Of a stretch of DNA of 64,000 nt, positions 62,838 through 64,000 are shown one piece after another (position 1 is the stretch's first letter; every line of letters begins with the position of its first letter). The position numbers were made by a program, and so were the translations under genes. The notes under the pieces are model-generated. The model saw only the letters and a list, made by a program, of their open reading frames with translations. It was not told where the DNA came from and did no database searches. Source of the DNA: an uncultured Gemmatimonadales bacterium (GTDB lineage Bacteria > Gemmatimonadota > Gemmatimonadetes > Longimicrobiales > RSA9); assembly GCA_963741945.1 (NCBI GenBank), contig CAVUKA010000005.1, forward strand, positions 587,434-651,433. Direction: 5' to 3'.

Positions 62838-63997
62838 CCGCCCTTCGACGACTGACCATCGGACTGGACGTGTCCGAGCTTCGGCATGGCCTCACGAACG
62901 GCACCGCCGTGTACGAGTTCAAGCTGGCACAGGCACTGCTCCGGCTGGACGAAGCCCTCAATGTGCGCCTCCACTTCACTGCGCGCGCCGAGCAGGGCGC
63001 CGAGGCTGCCCTCTCGGCGCTTGAAGGCGCGGGCGTCCGGATCTTCCGCGGCCCCGCTCCTTGGCGTTGGTCCCCCGACGGCGCTTGGTGGCTGGCCGGG
63101 GGGCCGCCGCTCGGGCGGTTCTTGCACGACCTCAATGTCCTGCACGCGGGGATCTTCCACCTCCCGCGCCACCCACGAGTCCCGTGCGTTGTCACAGTGC
63201 ACGACCTCGCCACCCTGACGCTCCCCCGCGATCAGTTCTGGCTCAACACGGTGGTCCACGCGAGACGAATCCGCTGGATACGGCGCCGACGCGCCCACGT
63301 CATCGCATCCTCCGCCCATACCCGCGACCAGCTGGTCGAGCTGGCGGGCATCGACCCGGAGCGGATTCACGTCGTCCGCCTGGCAAGAGGGCGGGAGCCG
63401 CGGTCAACCGACGGCAAGGTCGCCTTGGACACCGTCCGCCGGCGGTACGGACTGGGCGATCGGCGCTACGTCCTGAGCGTCGGAACGCTGGAGGCGCGAA
63501 AGAACCACGTTCGCCTGATCCGGGCATTCGCCGGGCTCCCGGGCGATCTCGGTGACGTGCTCCTCGTTCTCGTCGGCGCGATGAGCCAGACCGGCAGGGA
63601 AGCCGAGGCTCTCGCCCGCGCCCCGGCGCTCCGCGATCGCGTCCGCCTCTTCGGCACTGTCGACGACGACGAGCTCGGGGCCCTTTATGCGGGTGCCGCC
63701 GCTTTCGCGCTCCCTTCCCTGCACGAAGGCTTCGGCCTTCCGGTGCTCGAGGCCATGGCAGCCGGTACGCCCGTGCTGGCGGCCGACGCAGCCGCCCTCC
63801 CTGAAGTCACCGGCGACGCCGCCCTTCTCGTGGATCCCTTTTCGGTCGACGACATCCGACGCGGGCTCGAGCGGCTCCTGCGCGAAGAAGGGCTGCGGGC
63901 GGTACTCGTCGAGCGCGGCCGCCGCCGCGAGCGCCAGTTCACCTGGGAGCGCACCGCCAGAGAAACGCTGGACGTTTACCGGGAGGCTATCCGGTGA
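62834..63997 (+). CDS. GT4 glycosyltransferase (MtfB/WbaZ-like)
   Basis: VTVHDL, VGTLEARKN, EGFGLPVLEAMAAG. Confidence 0.92.
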   Translation: MTALRRLTIGLDVSELRHGLTNGTAVYEFKLAQALLRLDEALNVRLHFTARAEQGAEAALSALEGAGVRIFRGPAPWRWSPDGAWWLAGGPPLGRFLHDLNVLHAGIFHLPRHPRVPCVVTVHDLATLTLPRDQFWLNTVVHARRIRWIRRRRAHVIASSAHTRDQLVELAGIDPERIHVVRLARGREPRSTDGKVALDTVRRRYGLGDRRYVLSVGTLEARKNHVRLIRAFAGLPGDLGDVLLVLVGAMSQTGREAEALARAPALRDRVRLFGTVDDDELGALYAGAAAFALPSLHEGFGLPVLEAMAAGTPVLAADAAALPEVTGDAALLVDPFSVDDIRRGLERLLREEGLRAVLVERGRRRERQFTWERTARETLDVYREAIR

Positions 63998-64000
63998 AAA

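Overview
A 64 kb, very GC-rich bacterial chromosomal segment. Gene content and style suggest Gemmatimonadota, but this is an inference. From left to right it holds: (1) an ABC-2 exporter and an RseP-like protease; (2) a ~28 kb co-directional island (4.6-32.2 kb) with a sigma-54 two-component system, two tandem pairs of GT-C-type membrane glycosyltransferase-like genes around a polyprenol-phosphate GT2, and a Tad/Flp pilus operon (flp-cpaA-tadE-cpaB-cpaC-tadG-cpaE-cpaF-tadB-tadC) followed by DUF192, an extra AAA+ ATPase and a beta-repeat membrane protein, the whole island bracketed by two paralogous KaiC/RAD55-ATPase + degenerate REC + degenerate GGDEF proteins; (3) housekeeping genes (GGCT, NRAMP, ygfZ, sirB1-like); (4) a REP-like inverted tandem-repeat element, then selD with an in-frame UGA (selenocysteine) and a SECIS-like hairpin; (5) lipA-pdhA-pdhB-pdhC-lpdA; (6) amidase, ABC transporter, a second repeat element of the same family, mscS, TIGR01777, DUF819, a deoxyhypusine-synthase-like gene and an epimerase; (7) the start of a polysaccharide locus containing an HPrK-like P-loop protein. 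Five or six single-base frameshifts, one in lipA, suggest long-read assembly errors. The best candidate for an undescribed system is the glycosylated Tad pilus island with its two BcsE/FlaH-like tri-domain regulators. All family assignments come from motif recognition by eye; no database search was run.
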